Below are positions 12,147-22,690 of a stretch of DNA of 64,000 nt, piece by piece (position 1 is the stretch's first letter; each line of letters begins with the position of its first letter). The position numbers were made by a program, and so were the translations under genes. The notes below the pieces were generated by a model. That model was not told the origin of the DNA. It saw nothing but the letters and a program-made list of their open reading frames with translations, and made no database searches. Origin of the DNA: Scyliorhinus canicula (taxonomy: Eukaryota); contig NW_024055490.1 of NCBI RefSeq assembly GCF_902713615.1, positions 62,001 through 126,000 of the forward strand, given 5' to 3'.

Positions 12147-12455
12147 ATCCTTCCGTTTGCACTGATGCCTCAGTAACAATACAGCCACCACCAATAGAAC
12201 AGGTCTTGCTGGAGGCGACTGTAACCTTATCCTGCGTCATTTCGAATGCTCCTTATGGAGTCAACGTGTCCTGGAGTGAAGCGAAGAAGCCGCTGAAATC
12301 AGAGATTGCCGAGCAGCCTGGGGCAGATACTGAGAGTGTGGTCAGCAAATTAAACATCTCGACACAAGCCTGGCTGAGTGGGGCTGTGTTTGACTGTGTG
12401 GCGAGCCATCAGGACCTGCCAACTCCTTTAAGAATTTCAATCCACAAAAAAATAG
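12147..12455 (+). CDS. IGHM: IgM heavy chain constant exon Cmu3
   Basis: Acceptor ttcacag at 12145-46, donor GTGAGC at 12456; (D)[42 protein letters not shown]...[22 protein letters not shown]. Confidence 0.96.
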
Positions 12456-12554
12456 GTGAGCGGTGAGATTGAAGCAATAAGTGAGTCATTGTGTCTATTT
12501 CTAGTGTCAGTGCAGCGGTCAGTATTTAGCATTCAGTGTATTTATGGTCCATTC

Positions 12555-12866
12555 ATAGAATCATAGAATTTACCGCGCAGAAGGAGGCCATTCGGCCCAT
12601 CGAGTCCCTAAGAGCACCCTACGTTGCCCAAAGAGCACCCTACCCAAGGTCAACACCTCCACCCTATCCCCATAACCCCACCCAACACTAAGGCCAATTT
12701 TGGACGCTAAGGACGTGTAGGACTGTGGGAGGAAACCGAGCACCCGGAGGAAACCCACGCACACACGGGGAGGGTGTGCAGACTCCGCACAGACAGTGAC
12801 CCAAGCCAGAATCGACCCTGGGACCCTGGATCTGTGAAGCAATTGTGCTAACCACCGTGCTGCCCT
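12555..12866 (-). mobile_element. V-SINE/HE1-type SINE in the Cmu3-Cmu4 intron
   Basis: Reverse-complement core and tail (catagaatt...gaaggaggccattcggcccatcgagtc). Further copies at about 16910-17230, 17970-18155, 19838-20070, 21895-22270, 22855-23085, 23150-23450, 24025-24470, 24855-25215, 25460-25690, 27660-27950, 30770-31010, 32240-32540, 37375-37640, 46590-46860, 48415-48665, 50275-50630, 51415-51650, 52130-52370, 55600-55890, 62100-62325, 63240-63570. Confidence 0.85.
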
Positions 12867-12951
12867 TTTTTAGAAGGGGAGGGCAGGGCTTTCATAAGTA
12901 ACCACTGCCGATACGAGAATCAAGAACCAGCTGTTCTTGACGCCGTATCTA

Positions 12952-13024
12952 GGGACCAGCCAGGAGTCGGACCTGTAATCTCCTGATTCATAGTCAGACA
13001 CGTTATCCATTGCGCCACTGGGTA
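12952..13024 (-). pseudogene. tRNA-Arg(ACG)-derived pseudogene
   Basis: Reverse complement ccagtggcgcaatggataacgtgtctgactatgaatcaggagattacaggtccgactcctggctgg closely follows vertebrate tRNA-Arg-ACG; anticodon reads ATG (CpG decay), B box and acceptor stem damaged. Confidence 0.8.
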
Positions 13025-14586
13025 ATTCCACTAACTAAACACTCTGGGCGTTTAGAGTTAAAGGGGAAAATTGATATGCAGATGAATGAAACCCAACAGT
13101 GATATTGGGTTTAGATGGAGCGAGACCATAGACCACAAAACGTAGGAGCAGATGTAGGCCATTGGGCCCATCAACACTGATCCAGCCTTCAGTGAGATCA
13201 TGACTGATCTGATGTGATAATCTTCAACTCCTCTTTGCCGCCTTATCCACATGTTTCTTGACGCCGTTACTGATTTAAAATATGTCTGTCTCAACACTGA
13301 ACAACCCAGAATCTACAGCCCCCTGCGTTAAATAATTCCACAGCTTCACTACCCTCTGAGAGAGGAAATTCCTTCTCATCTCTGTCTGAAATGGGCGAAC
13401 CCTTACTTTGTGATCATGCACTCTGCTCCTAGACGCTCTCACAGGGGAAAACAATCTCACAGCGTCTATCCCAAGAAGCTCCCTGAGAATCTTTCATATC
13501 TCAATTAGGCCGTCTTTATTCCTCTAAACTCCAATAAGTACAGCCCAGCCTACTTAAACTCTCCCCATAAGAAACTCCCTCCATACTCGGGATCAACCTC
13601 GTGATCCTTCTCTGGACTGCCTTCAAAACCAATCTGTCTTCCTTAGATAAGGGCACCAAAGCTATTCAAAGTATATCAGGTGCAGACTAACTCATGCTTT
13701 GTATAATTCTAGCCAGACTTCCTCATTTTTATATTCTATTCCCTTTGAAATAAATGTCAACATTCAATTTGTCTACATATTACCTGCAGAACTTGCTTTG
13801 TGCGGTTTCTGCACGAGGACCCCCAATTCCCTCGTTACCTCAGTTTTCTACAGTCTTTATCCATCTAAATAATATTCCGTTATGTTCTTCCTCCTCCCAA
13901 AGTGTCTAACCTCACATTCTCTGTCCCTCCGTGGATTTTCTGTAATCTTCACCACTTGCCTTTCTACCTATTTTTTGTCATCTGCAAACGTGGGAATCAT
14001 AGATTTGTTTATTAAACACCGTTTTGAAATTCATGTATATTACATCTACTGCCCCCCCCCCCCTCTCTCTCGCCTTCTCGTTATCACCTTAAATAAGGGC
14101 AATAAGGTTTTCAGACATGATTTACCCTTCACGAAGCCGCACTGACTCTGTTGATTATATTGAGTATTTCTAAATGCTCAGCTATTGGATTAGTTATAAT
14201 GGAATCGAACCGTTTTCCACGGACCGATGTTTTTTTGTCACCCTCCCCTTTGAATAAGGGTGTTACATTGGCAGTTTTCCAATCCTCTTGGGGTAAGGTG
14301 GGAGGAGCCTGGTGTGGAGTTTATACACCAGCACAGAACAGTTGGGCCGAATGGCCTGTTCCCCTGCTGTACACTTTCTGAAACTTTCGAATCCAACATC
14401 CGTAAATTCTCAGGGAAAAGGATTGTGTCCACCTCTGCTCAGAGGTGGGAACCCGGACAGATCCCAGAGTGGAAAATGGAAACCTTTAAATTCCAACACA
14501 AAACACATTTCTCCCACATCTAACCCGCGGTTCCATTGTCTCCGGAATTCCCCATTTTATTGACATTTATTGTACATTTTCTGCAG

Positions 14587-14978
14587 ATCCCAATCCGCGG
14601 GAACCGTCCGTCTCTGTCCTCCTGCCCTCGGCTGAAGACGTCTCCGCTCAGAGATTCGTCTCCCTCAGCTGCTTAGTGAGAGGTTTCTCCCCCCGAGAGA
14701 TCTTCGTCAAGTGGACCGTCAATGACAAGCCGGTGAATCCCGGGAACTACAAGAACACCGAGGTGATGGCGGAGAACGGCAATAGCTCCTTCTTCATGTA
14801 CAGCCTGTTATCCATTGCAGCGGAGGAGTGGGCCAGCGGCGCTTCTTACTCCTGTGTGGTGGGACATGAAGCCATCCCCTTGAAGATCATCAACAGAACG
14901 GTTGATAAATCCAGCGGTAAACCCAGTTTTGTGAACATTTCCCTCGCTCTGATGGACACCGTTAATTCATGTCAATGA
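14587..14978 (+). CDS. IGHM: IgM Cmu4 exon plus secretory tailpiece (internal donor for the membrane form after 14916)
   Basis: Acceptor ctgcag at 14585-86; (D)[18 protein letters not shown]...[17 protein letters not shown]...[23 protein letters not shown]|[20 protein letters not shown]; tailpiece has an N-glycan sequon and penultimate Cys; G|GTAAA donor at 14917. Confidence 0.97.
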
Positions 14979-15001
14979 GAATCTATTGCATTTCGAACTC
15001 A

Positions 15002-15016
15002 AATAAAAATAATAAA
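15002..15016 (+). terminator. Secretory-form poly(A) signals (two AATAAA)
   Basis: AATAAA at 15002-07 and 15011-16, 24-38 nt after the tailpiece stop, followed by T/GT-rich sequence. Confidence 0.8.
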
Positions 15017-15421
15017 GGTTTTTTCCTCCAATTGTGATTTAAATGTACAGCCGCTTAATTAATGGTGCTTCCACTTTGCTGATATTAGATCTGTTCAATG
15101 AGACCCGGATTTCTACAGGTCTCAGCCCCAAGTCTGATACAACCAGAGCTCCCAGCTCAGATACACCCTGGGTTAGAGACAGAGTAAAACTCATTCATTC
15201 CAGGATTCAGCAAAATATCTTCATTGACTTTCCTCCAGCTGAGGAGAAATCGGACAATTCCCCATTTCAGACAAACAAACCACCACATTTAGATCTCGGT
15301 GTTCCTGCTGCTCTCATTGTCCATCCCTTTAAAATTAATGTCAGCTTTAAGTTGCTGCATCAGACCCACTGGGAACTGAATTGAGGGTCACACAGAAACA
15401 TGGACCAACAATCGCCAGTCA

Positions 15422-15830
15422 AAGAGAGGGGGAAGTGAAATTGTTAATCCACTGTACCCGCACTTTCCCAACAGAGAGAGGGGGAGGGGCATTAGTTAAT
15501 CCACTGTACCCCCACTTCCCCAACAGAGAGAGGGGGAGGGGCATTAGTTAATCCACTGTACCCCCACTTCCCCAACAGAGTGAGGGGGAGGGGCATTAGT
15601 TAATCCACTGTACACCCACTTCCCCAACAGAGGGAGGGGGAGGGGCATTAGTTAATCCACTGTAGCCCCACTTCCCCAGTAGAGAGAGGGGGAGGGGCCT
15701 GAGTTAATCCACTGTACCCATGCTTCCAACAATGAGAGGGGGAGAGGCATTATTTAATCCACTGTACCCACACTTCCCCAACAAAGAGAGCAAAGGGGCA
15801 ATAATAACCCATTTTACCTCCACTTTCCCA
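15422..15830 (+). repeat. 52-bp tandem repeat (about 7 units) in the secretory-TM intron
   Basis: gttaatccactgta at 15443, 15495, 15547, 15599, 15651, 15703 and about 15753. Confidence 0.92.
15431..15440 (+). promoter_or_regulatory. Ets-IRF composite element (EICE) GGAAGTGAAA
   Basis: Exact GGAAnnGAAA with a purine-rich PU.1-type 5' flank (aaagagaggg). Confidence 0.45.
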
Positions 15831-16269
15831 ACCATAAGAGGAGGAAGGTGATGAGTGAACTCTCTGTATCTCCATCTCCAGCTGGGAGAACCCAAAGGCA
15901 ATTTGCTGAGCTGACCAGCGAGAGGGAAATTATTAACTCAATATCTTCCCGGTCTCCAAGCAGCGAGTTTGGAAGTAAACGGTTCTCTAGACTAAGAACT
16001 CAGTTACTGACATTACAAGACGGCATGTAGCTTACTGGCTGAAGGGTGTAAAAGACCATCATGATCAAGATGTATTTTTTAGCACCCTTGTTCGTCTTAT
16101 CCGTCTGCTTAGACCGATTCCCCAGAATCCAAATCCAGATGGTGATTGAATTCTCGCTGGGTTTTCACTGTTCTCTCCTGAGGCACCTCCTTGTATTTTT
16201 GCATTCGGTCACCTGATGTCAGCTTGCAACTCACACAAAATACATTTATAAGCAAAAAGTTCAACATAT

Positions 16270-16900
16270 TCTACATCGGTACCAATAATACCCAAAACTG
16301 GCAAAGCTACAGGCAGCTGATACAAATACACAGACAGATAAACAGACACAAACACTACAGACACACACGCACACAGACCCACAAACGTACACGCGCTCAC
16401 ACGTAGACACAGACACAGACACACACATAGAAACACATGCATAAACATACACCCAGGCACAACGAACCACACATATTTTGGCACAAAATCACACGCAAAC
16501 GTGCGCAAAAATTCACAAATATGCACATAAACAAAAAAAGCACACGTTTGTACACACACACAGACATACGGGCACATCTACACAAACACACACAAATCCA
16601 CACACACAAGTGGGACACAAATGTACACAAACAGACACATACAACCACATGACCACACACACACAAACATATGAAAGCAAACCGACGGAAAAATATGAAA
16701 CACAAATGTAACCAATAACATGTACATTAGCAGAATTTCACGATGACAGAAATATTTCCATTCAGAGACAATAATCCACACTGACACACTTATGGGCATA
16801 CGTAGGCACATGTTAGCATACCCATACACATGCTAACACAAACACACATTAGTGCACATCGAGGCATCAATAAACATCAATAGTTATAAACAACCATCAC
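16270..16900. repeat. CA-rich low-complexity tract
   Basis: Degenerate (CA)n/(CACAGA)n; similar stretches at 17240-17410 and 17740-17960. Confidence 0.8.
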
Positions 16901-17419
16901 GCATAAATAGCACTGCTGCCTCACAGCGCCATAAACCCGGGTTCAATTCCAGCCTTGGGTGATTGTCTGTGTGGAGTTCCCACGTTCTCCAGTGTCTGTT
17001 CCTGTTTCCTCCGCCTGCTCCGGTTTCCTCCCACAATCCAAAGATGTGCAGGTTCGGTGGATTGGCCAGGCTATATTACCCCTTAGTGCCCACAACGTTA
17101 GGTGGGGTTACCAGGTTCTGGGGACAGGGCAGGGACATGCGTCCAGGCAGAGTGCTCTTTCGGAGGGTCGGTGCAGACTCAATGGGCCGAATAGCCTCGT
17201 TCGGCACAGTAGGGATGATACGAATATGATTCTGTGATGAAATACAGGCATCAACAAACACACACACACACAAACGCAATTATCCAGACACAAACATTAA
17301 GACCCTGACATGCATGTTGAACGGATAAAGGCACATTTACACTTTTATTACTGGGCGGGGAAGTATAAACTTATACTAACACAGGCATTAATATATACAC
17401 ATAGACTTGTGTAGACCTC

Positions 17420-17737
17420 ACGGTAGCATGGTGGTTAGCATCAATGCTTCACAGCTCCAGGGTCCCAGGTTCGATTCCCGGCTGGGTCACTGTCTGTGTG
17501 GAGTCTGCACGTCCTCCCCGTGTGTGCGTGGGTTTCCTCCGGGTGCTCCGGTTTCCTCCCACAGTCCAAAGATGTGCGGGTTAGGTGGATTGGCCATGCT
17601 AAATTGCCCGTAGTGTAAGGTTAATGGGGGGGATTGTTGGGTTATGGGTTATGTGGGTTTAAGTAGGGTGATCATTGCTCGGCACAACATCGAGGGCCGA
17701 AGGGCCTGTTCTGTGCTGTACTGTTCTATTCTATGAA
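17420..17737 (+). mobile_element. Young V-SINE/HE1-type SINE, near-identical to 1833-2157
   Basis: First 196 bp differ from the 1833 copy at 2 positions; a third related copy lies at 34095-34410 on the minus strand. Confidence 0.85.
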
Positions 17738-18322
17738 TACTTCAACACACAAACACACACAATAAAACACTCATATATACTCATTGACAGAAGATAAACA
17801 AAGTCCACATACAGGCGCTGATACAGATACACAGATCAATACTCATTGACACATGAACACTCACAATGACACTTATAAAGACATCGGGACACAAAAGAAG
17901 AGTAACGAAACTCGTATTTCGCATCTACACAGACACAAAAGATGAAGAACAAACACAAACGTCAGGCAATGGCGGCACGCTGGCATAGTGGTTAGCACTG
18001 CTGCCTCACGCCACCATGGACCTGGGGTTGATCCCGCTCCTGGGTCTCTGTCCCAGTGGAGTTTCCCCGTGACCCGTGGGTCTCACGCCGACAACCCAAA
18101 GATGTGCAGGGTAGGTGGATTGGCCAGGCTAACTTGCCCCTTAATTGGAAGAAATAGGTGACAGAGACCGATTTCTGAGTGTCATGAACTCAACAGTAGA
18201 TATGCAATAATAAATACATAAAAGAATGAATTAGCAGCGGGAGAAATTTAAACAAGAATATTAAAAACATATCCTAGATTAATAAACAATCTGATTATAT
18301 TTATCCGGCTCTATCCTCGTAG

Positions 18323-18450
18323 ATACCACAGACCACACCTGGACTGAAGAAAATGAGGATGATAACGGGAACATCTGGACAACCGCTTCCACATTCATCA
18401 CCCTGTTCTTCCTGAGCATTTCCTACAGCGCTGCTGTCACTCTGGTGAAG
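18323..18450 (+). CDS. IGHM: IgM transmembrane exon TM1
   Basis: Acceptor ctcgtag at 18321-22, donor GTGAGA at 18451; (D)TTDHTWTEENEDDNGNIWTTASTFITLFFLSISYSAAVTLVK, acidic spacer plus CART-like transmembrane motif. Confidence 0.95.
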
Positions 18451-18588
18451 GTGAGAAGATTCAATCCACTCACACTTCAAACTGACAGAAGGTGTTTAAA
18501 AACCCTAAATGTTTGATTGATTAAAACCTCTAACATCAATGTTCCAGATCATAAACATCTGCTTCATCAGTTTCTCTCTCTTTTACAG

Positions 18589-18597
18589 ATCAAGTGA
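18589..18597 (+). CDS. IGHM: IgM transmembrane exon TM2 (I-K-stop)
   Basis: Polypyrimidine tract plus ttttacag at 18587-88, then ATC AAG TGA; phase 0 with TM1. Confidence 0.88.
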   Translation: MK

Positions 18598-19000
18598 TCG
18601 GTTGACGTTCGGACGCTGTAGAGTTTCCTCAGCTGTTTATTATGATCTGTGTGTGACAGAAATACAATATCTCCTCTTGGTGTCTCTAACAGTAAAATTC
18701 TCAGTTTATTATTCTGCATCTGTAACTGAGACAATCATGGACAGTATTTCTGCTTTTCAGTTTAAAATGTACAAGATAATTTTGGCTGTAATGTAATTGT
18801 AGCTAATAATTTCTCTCAGTATCATGTCTAAATAAGTAACTTACCTCGTACCTTATTTACAACAGTTACCTTCCCTTTATGTTGAGCTCCTGTTCTCTCT
18901 TGTGTCTGTTACAGTTGTACATACATTTGGCAGCTCAGAGGGCATGTGCTGTGTTCTCAGTGTCACCCTCAATCGTTATGTTCCGTTTTGTCAACATCAA

Positions 19001-19041
19001 AATAAACTTTTGTGTAATGTTTTCTCTGAAATTTTAATAAA
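19001..19041 (+). terminator. Membrane-form poly(A) signals
   Basis: AATAAA at 19001-06 and 19036-41, about 400 nt after the TM2 stop, before repeat-derived sequence starts. Confidence 0.65.
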
Positions 19042-19431
19042 TATTGAATGAAAAATGAAGAAAATAAGACTAATCTGAACTCCTTTCTCTAAGGTCTATC
19101 GGCACTGATCCTTTTCCCCGGTTATACAGTTTTCTCCCCTTTCCCAGACAGATATTTCTCACCAGTCCTGTCTGGGATGTGTCGGAACTCAAGGCCCCTC
19201 AGTGAAAGAGCCACTGCGCCACCAAGCGGCCCATCCGGGTTAAGACACCTTCACCTTTGCCTTTTTATGGTAAACTCGAGAGACAGAATGATTTCACAGC
19301 TGAAGAATTCCACTGATTCACTACCCTCTATTGGAAGAAATGTCTCCTCACCTCTGTCCTAAATTTGAGATCCCTTACTCTGAGATTATGCCCTCTGGTC
19401 CTAGACTCTCCCACAAGAGGAAACAAGATTG

Positions 19432-19720
19432 TTTTTCAGGCTGTGTAACTGGTTAAAGCTCTTTCCACAGTCAGTTCACTGGAACACTCCCACTCAGGTG
19501 TGTGTGGGTCTCTGGGCTTTTCCAGTCACACTTGTTTGAAATCTCTTCCCACAGTCAGAACAGACAAGCACATTGACAGTTTGTGATATTTAGATCCTAA
19601 TGAATTGAGTGACTGTCAGATCTTGATGTTATATTTGGTTCGAGTTGCCCAGCTGCCAATCCTCCCGTTCTAATGCCTGAAAAATAAGTTTACAAAAATT
19701 ATCACTATAAGAATAGGATA
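19432..19720 (-). pseudogene. ZNF coding-exon 5' remnant without fingers
   Basis: Reverse complement aligns with 37060-37310 and 37660-37700 (acceptor, gatctgacagtcactc, gactggaaaagc, ttccagtgaactgactgtggaaa, taaccagttacacagcctg); acceptor intact at 19677-78; truncated by a CR1 fragment. Confidence 0.75.
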
Positions 19721-20138
19721 GAAATTCACAACAGATCGTTCTAGTTTCTATCAAACCTTCTTTCGTCTCTTGCTTTCCCCAAGCATGTGGTCCAGTCAAA
19801 ATAAAAGACCAAAATCAGCTAGAAGCCCCAACAAAAGTGTCACTGCCTGTGTGGAGTCTCCCCGTGTCTGCGTGGGTTTCCTCCAAGTGCTCCGGTTTCC
19901 TCCCACAGTCCAAAGATGTGCAGGTTAGGTGGATTAGCCATGCTAAATTGCCCTTATGTTAGATGGGGTCGCTGGGTTACAGGGATAGGGTGGAGATGCT
20001 CTTTCCAAGAGCCAGTGCAGACTCGATGGGCCGAACGGCCGACTTCTGCACTGTAAATTCTATGATTGTACCTCGATGATTATTGAGTCAATCCGCGAGT
20101 CAGCCTGAAATCTGCCTCACAATGCCCGGGTGATTGAC

Positions 20139-20336
20139 ATGATGTGGAGATGCCGGCGTTGGACTGGGGTGAGCACAGTAAGAAGTCTTACAACACCAGG
20201 TTAAAGTCCAACAGGTTTGTTTCAAACACGAGCTTTCGGAGCACGGCTCCTTCTCCTGAAGAAGGAGCCGTGCTCCGAAAGCTCGTGTTTGAAACAAACC
20301 TGTTGGACTTTAACCTGGTGTTGTAAGACTTCTTAC
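20139..20336. mobile_element. Palindromic Penelope pLTR insertion with 11-bp TSD
   Basis: 77-bp perfect arms 20178-20254 and 20260-20336; gggtgattgac at 20128-38 and 20337-47; empty site in the paralog at about 56120. Confidence 0.9.
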
Positions 20337-20339
20337 GGG

Positions 20340-20720
20340 TGATTGACGGCAGCCCCGGACCAATAGGAAGAGGAGGGGCGGGACTGCGGGACCGACCGGA
20401 AGCAGCTAGACCTCCAACCAATCGGAGTGAATGAGGGGCGGGCCCGCTGTGATTGAAGCATGCGCAGTGTGTGTAATGGCGCTGTAGAAGGACGTGTTTT
20501 TCAGATCGGAAATCGGTGAGAGGACTTTAACAACATGGAGGGAGCGAGAGATCGCGGGGGCGGGCGGAAACGTAGTGTAAAGTTGTTGAAATCGCAAACA
20601 TCGGAAAGGTTTCCGGGACCCCGTTTGTACTGAGCGGAACTGCAGCTCCTCACGTTCGGCTCGGGTTAACGGCCGCCATCTTTATTGGATGTAAATCAGG
20701 GCGCATGCGCGTTTTCCGTG
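20340..20720. promoter_or_regulatory. CpG-rich ZNF promoter cassette type A
   Basis: CCAAT 20360 and 20418, GC boxes, GCATGCGCA 20458, + donor GTGAGA 20516, reverse YY1 GCCGCCATCTT 20672, GCGCATGCGC 20701. Confidence 0.7.
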
Positions 20721-22434
20721 TTTGTCGGGGCGATGTTTCAATGAGTGGGAGGAGCTTGTTCCCCATTATTCAGAATGGACACAACTTGTCCATCAAACTG
20801 GATTAGTCTTTGAGTCCCAATGTCTTATTGATGATGCAAAGCAGTGGCAGAGATGGAAAGAAATGGAAGCCAATCCTGCTCTCTGGATTTCACTCTCATT
20901 AGACATTCTGTCCCATCTGTCCAAAACTCTGCGGCTCTGTTCAGCCATGTGAAGACCCAGGATAGAAATTCACAATCAATGGGCTTTGACAAAGAGTAAT
21001 CGGACTCGAAACGTTAGCTCTTTTCTATCTCTACAGATGCTGCCAGACTTGCTGAGATTTTCCAGCATTTTCCCTTTCGATAGAAATTCACAACCCTGAG
21101 TAGACGTCACCCACAAATCGAGGGACTGATTCATAGAATTTACAGTGCAGAAGGAGGCCATTGGGCCCATCGAGTCTGCACTGGCTCTTGGAAAGAGCAC
21201 CCAACCCAAGCCCACACCTCCACCCTATTTCAGTAACCCCACCCAACTCTAAGGGCAATTTTGGATACTTAAGGGCAATTTAGCTTCACAGCTCCAGGGT
21301 CCCAGGTTCGATTCCCGGCTTGGGTCACTTGTTTGTGCGGAGTCTGCACGTTCTCCCCGTGTGTGCGTGGGTTTCCTCTGGGTGCTCCGGTTTCCTCCCA
21401 CGTCCAAAGATATGCAGGTTAGGTGGATTGGCCATGCTAGATTGCCCTTAGTGTCCAAAATTGCCCATAGTCTTGGGTGGGGTTACTGGATTATGGGGAT
21501 AGGGTGGAGGTCTTGGGTAGGGTGCTCTTTCCAAGAGCCGGTGCAGACTCGATGGGCCGAATGGCCTCCTTCTGCAATGTAAATTCTATGAAATACATGG
21601 GTTTCTGGAAAATCATTGGGACAGTAAAAAATATTTTTGTGACTCTGGAACATGATTAGGACAGTAAAAATACTAATTTTGTGTCTCTGGAAAATCATGA
21701 GGACAGTAAAAAACAATTTTTGAACATTTCTCTTCTGTAGATATAAAAATATTGAAACTGGGATAAAGGTTGATTGACTGACAGTCAATGACTGTCCTTT
21801 TTTAAAATAAATTTAGAGTGCCCAATTCATTTTTTCCAATTCAGGAACAATTCAGCGTGTCTAATGCACCTAACCTGCACATCTTTGCGTTGTGGGGATG
21901 CAGCACGGTGGTGCAGTGGGTTAGACCTAATGCCTCACGGCGCGAAGGTCCCAGGTTCGATCCCGGCTCTAGGTCACTGTCCATGTGGAGTTTGCACATT
22001 CTCCCCGTGTTTGCATGGGTTTCACCACCACAACCCAAAGATGTGCAAGGTGGGTGGATTGGCCATGCTAAATTGCCCCTTAATTGGAAAAAAAATGAAT
22101 TGGTTACTTTAAATTTTTTTTTAAAAATCATTGGTTTGTGGGGGTGAAACCAACACAAACACGGGGAAAATGTGCAAACTTCGCACAGACAGTGACCCAG
22201 AACTGGGATCAAACCTGTGACCTCGGCGGTGTGAGACAGCAGTGCTAACCACTGCACCACCGTGCTGCCCCAGTCAAACACTGTCCTGGAAGGGAAGGAG
22301 TTCTTTTGCTTCGCAATTGGCCGAGGAAGGCAGTGTGTCACAAGGATGGAAGTGTTGACCGATTAATGGCTGGAGGATGGCAGCAGGTCATGTGATCAAG
22401 CCTGCAGAAATACATTTAATCAAAGTTGGCAAGG

Positions 22435-22690
22435 AGAGAATGTTGTGAATTTCTATCCGAAACTGACAGTGAGGTTTCTGTAAATTTACAGGATACTGGA
22501 AGTGGAGGTTTAACAGACGGGAAACGCAAACCAAACGTCACATCGCGATCTGACAGAGTCACTCGATTCATCAGAACCAGAATTTAAGCAGCATCTGGGT
22601 GTGGAAGGTAAAAGGTTTGTCTGTTCTGTCTGTGAGGGAAGATTTCAGGTCTCAGTGTGACTGGAAAAGCCCTGAGATTCACAAACCCTG
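22435..22690 (+). pseudogene. Degenerate ZNF exon 5' fragment
   Basis: tttacaggatact...gatctgacagagtcactcgattc...tttgtctgttctgtctgtgagggaagatttc...gtgactggaaaagc matches the ZNF exon leaders; related fragments at 53960-54190 and 57005-57250. Confidence 0.6.

Noticed and set aside
12952-13024. Functional tRNA gene (tRNA-His by its ATG anticodon, or tRNA-Arg)
   Set aside because: Acceptor stem and T-loop are mutated (GTCCGA) and changes follow CpG decay, so it is called a pseudogene
15043-16030. Extra coding exon between the tailpiece and TM1
   Set aside because: ORFs at 15043-15384 and 15848-16030 lack Ig-domain Cys/Trp motifs and convincing splice sites
10477-18597. IgW or IgNAR identity, or pseudogene status
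   Set aside because: Four CH exons, a mu-type 20-aa tailpiece, intact frames and intact GT-AG sites all fit a functional IgM constant region
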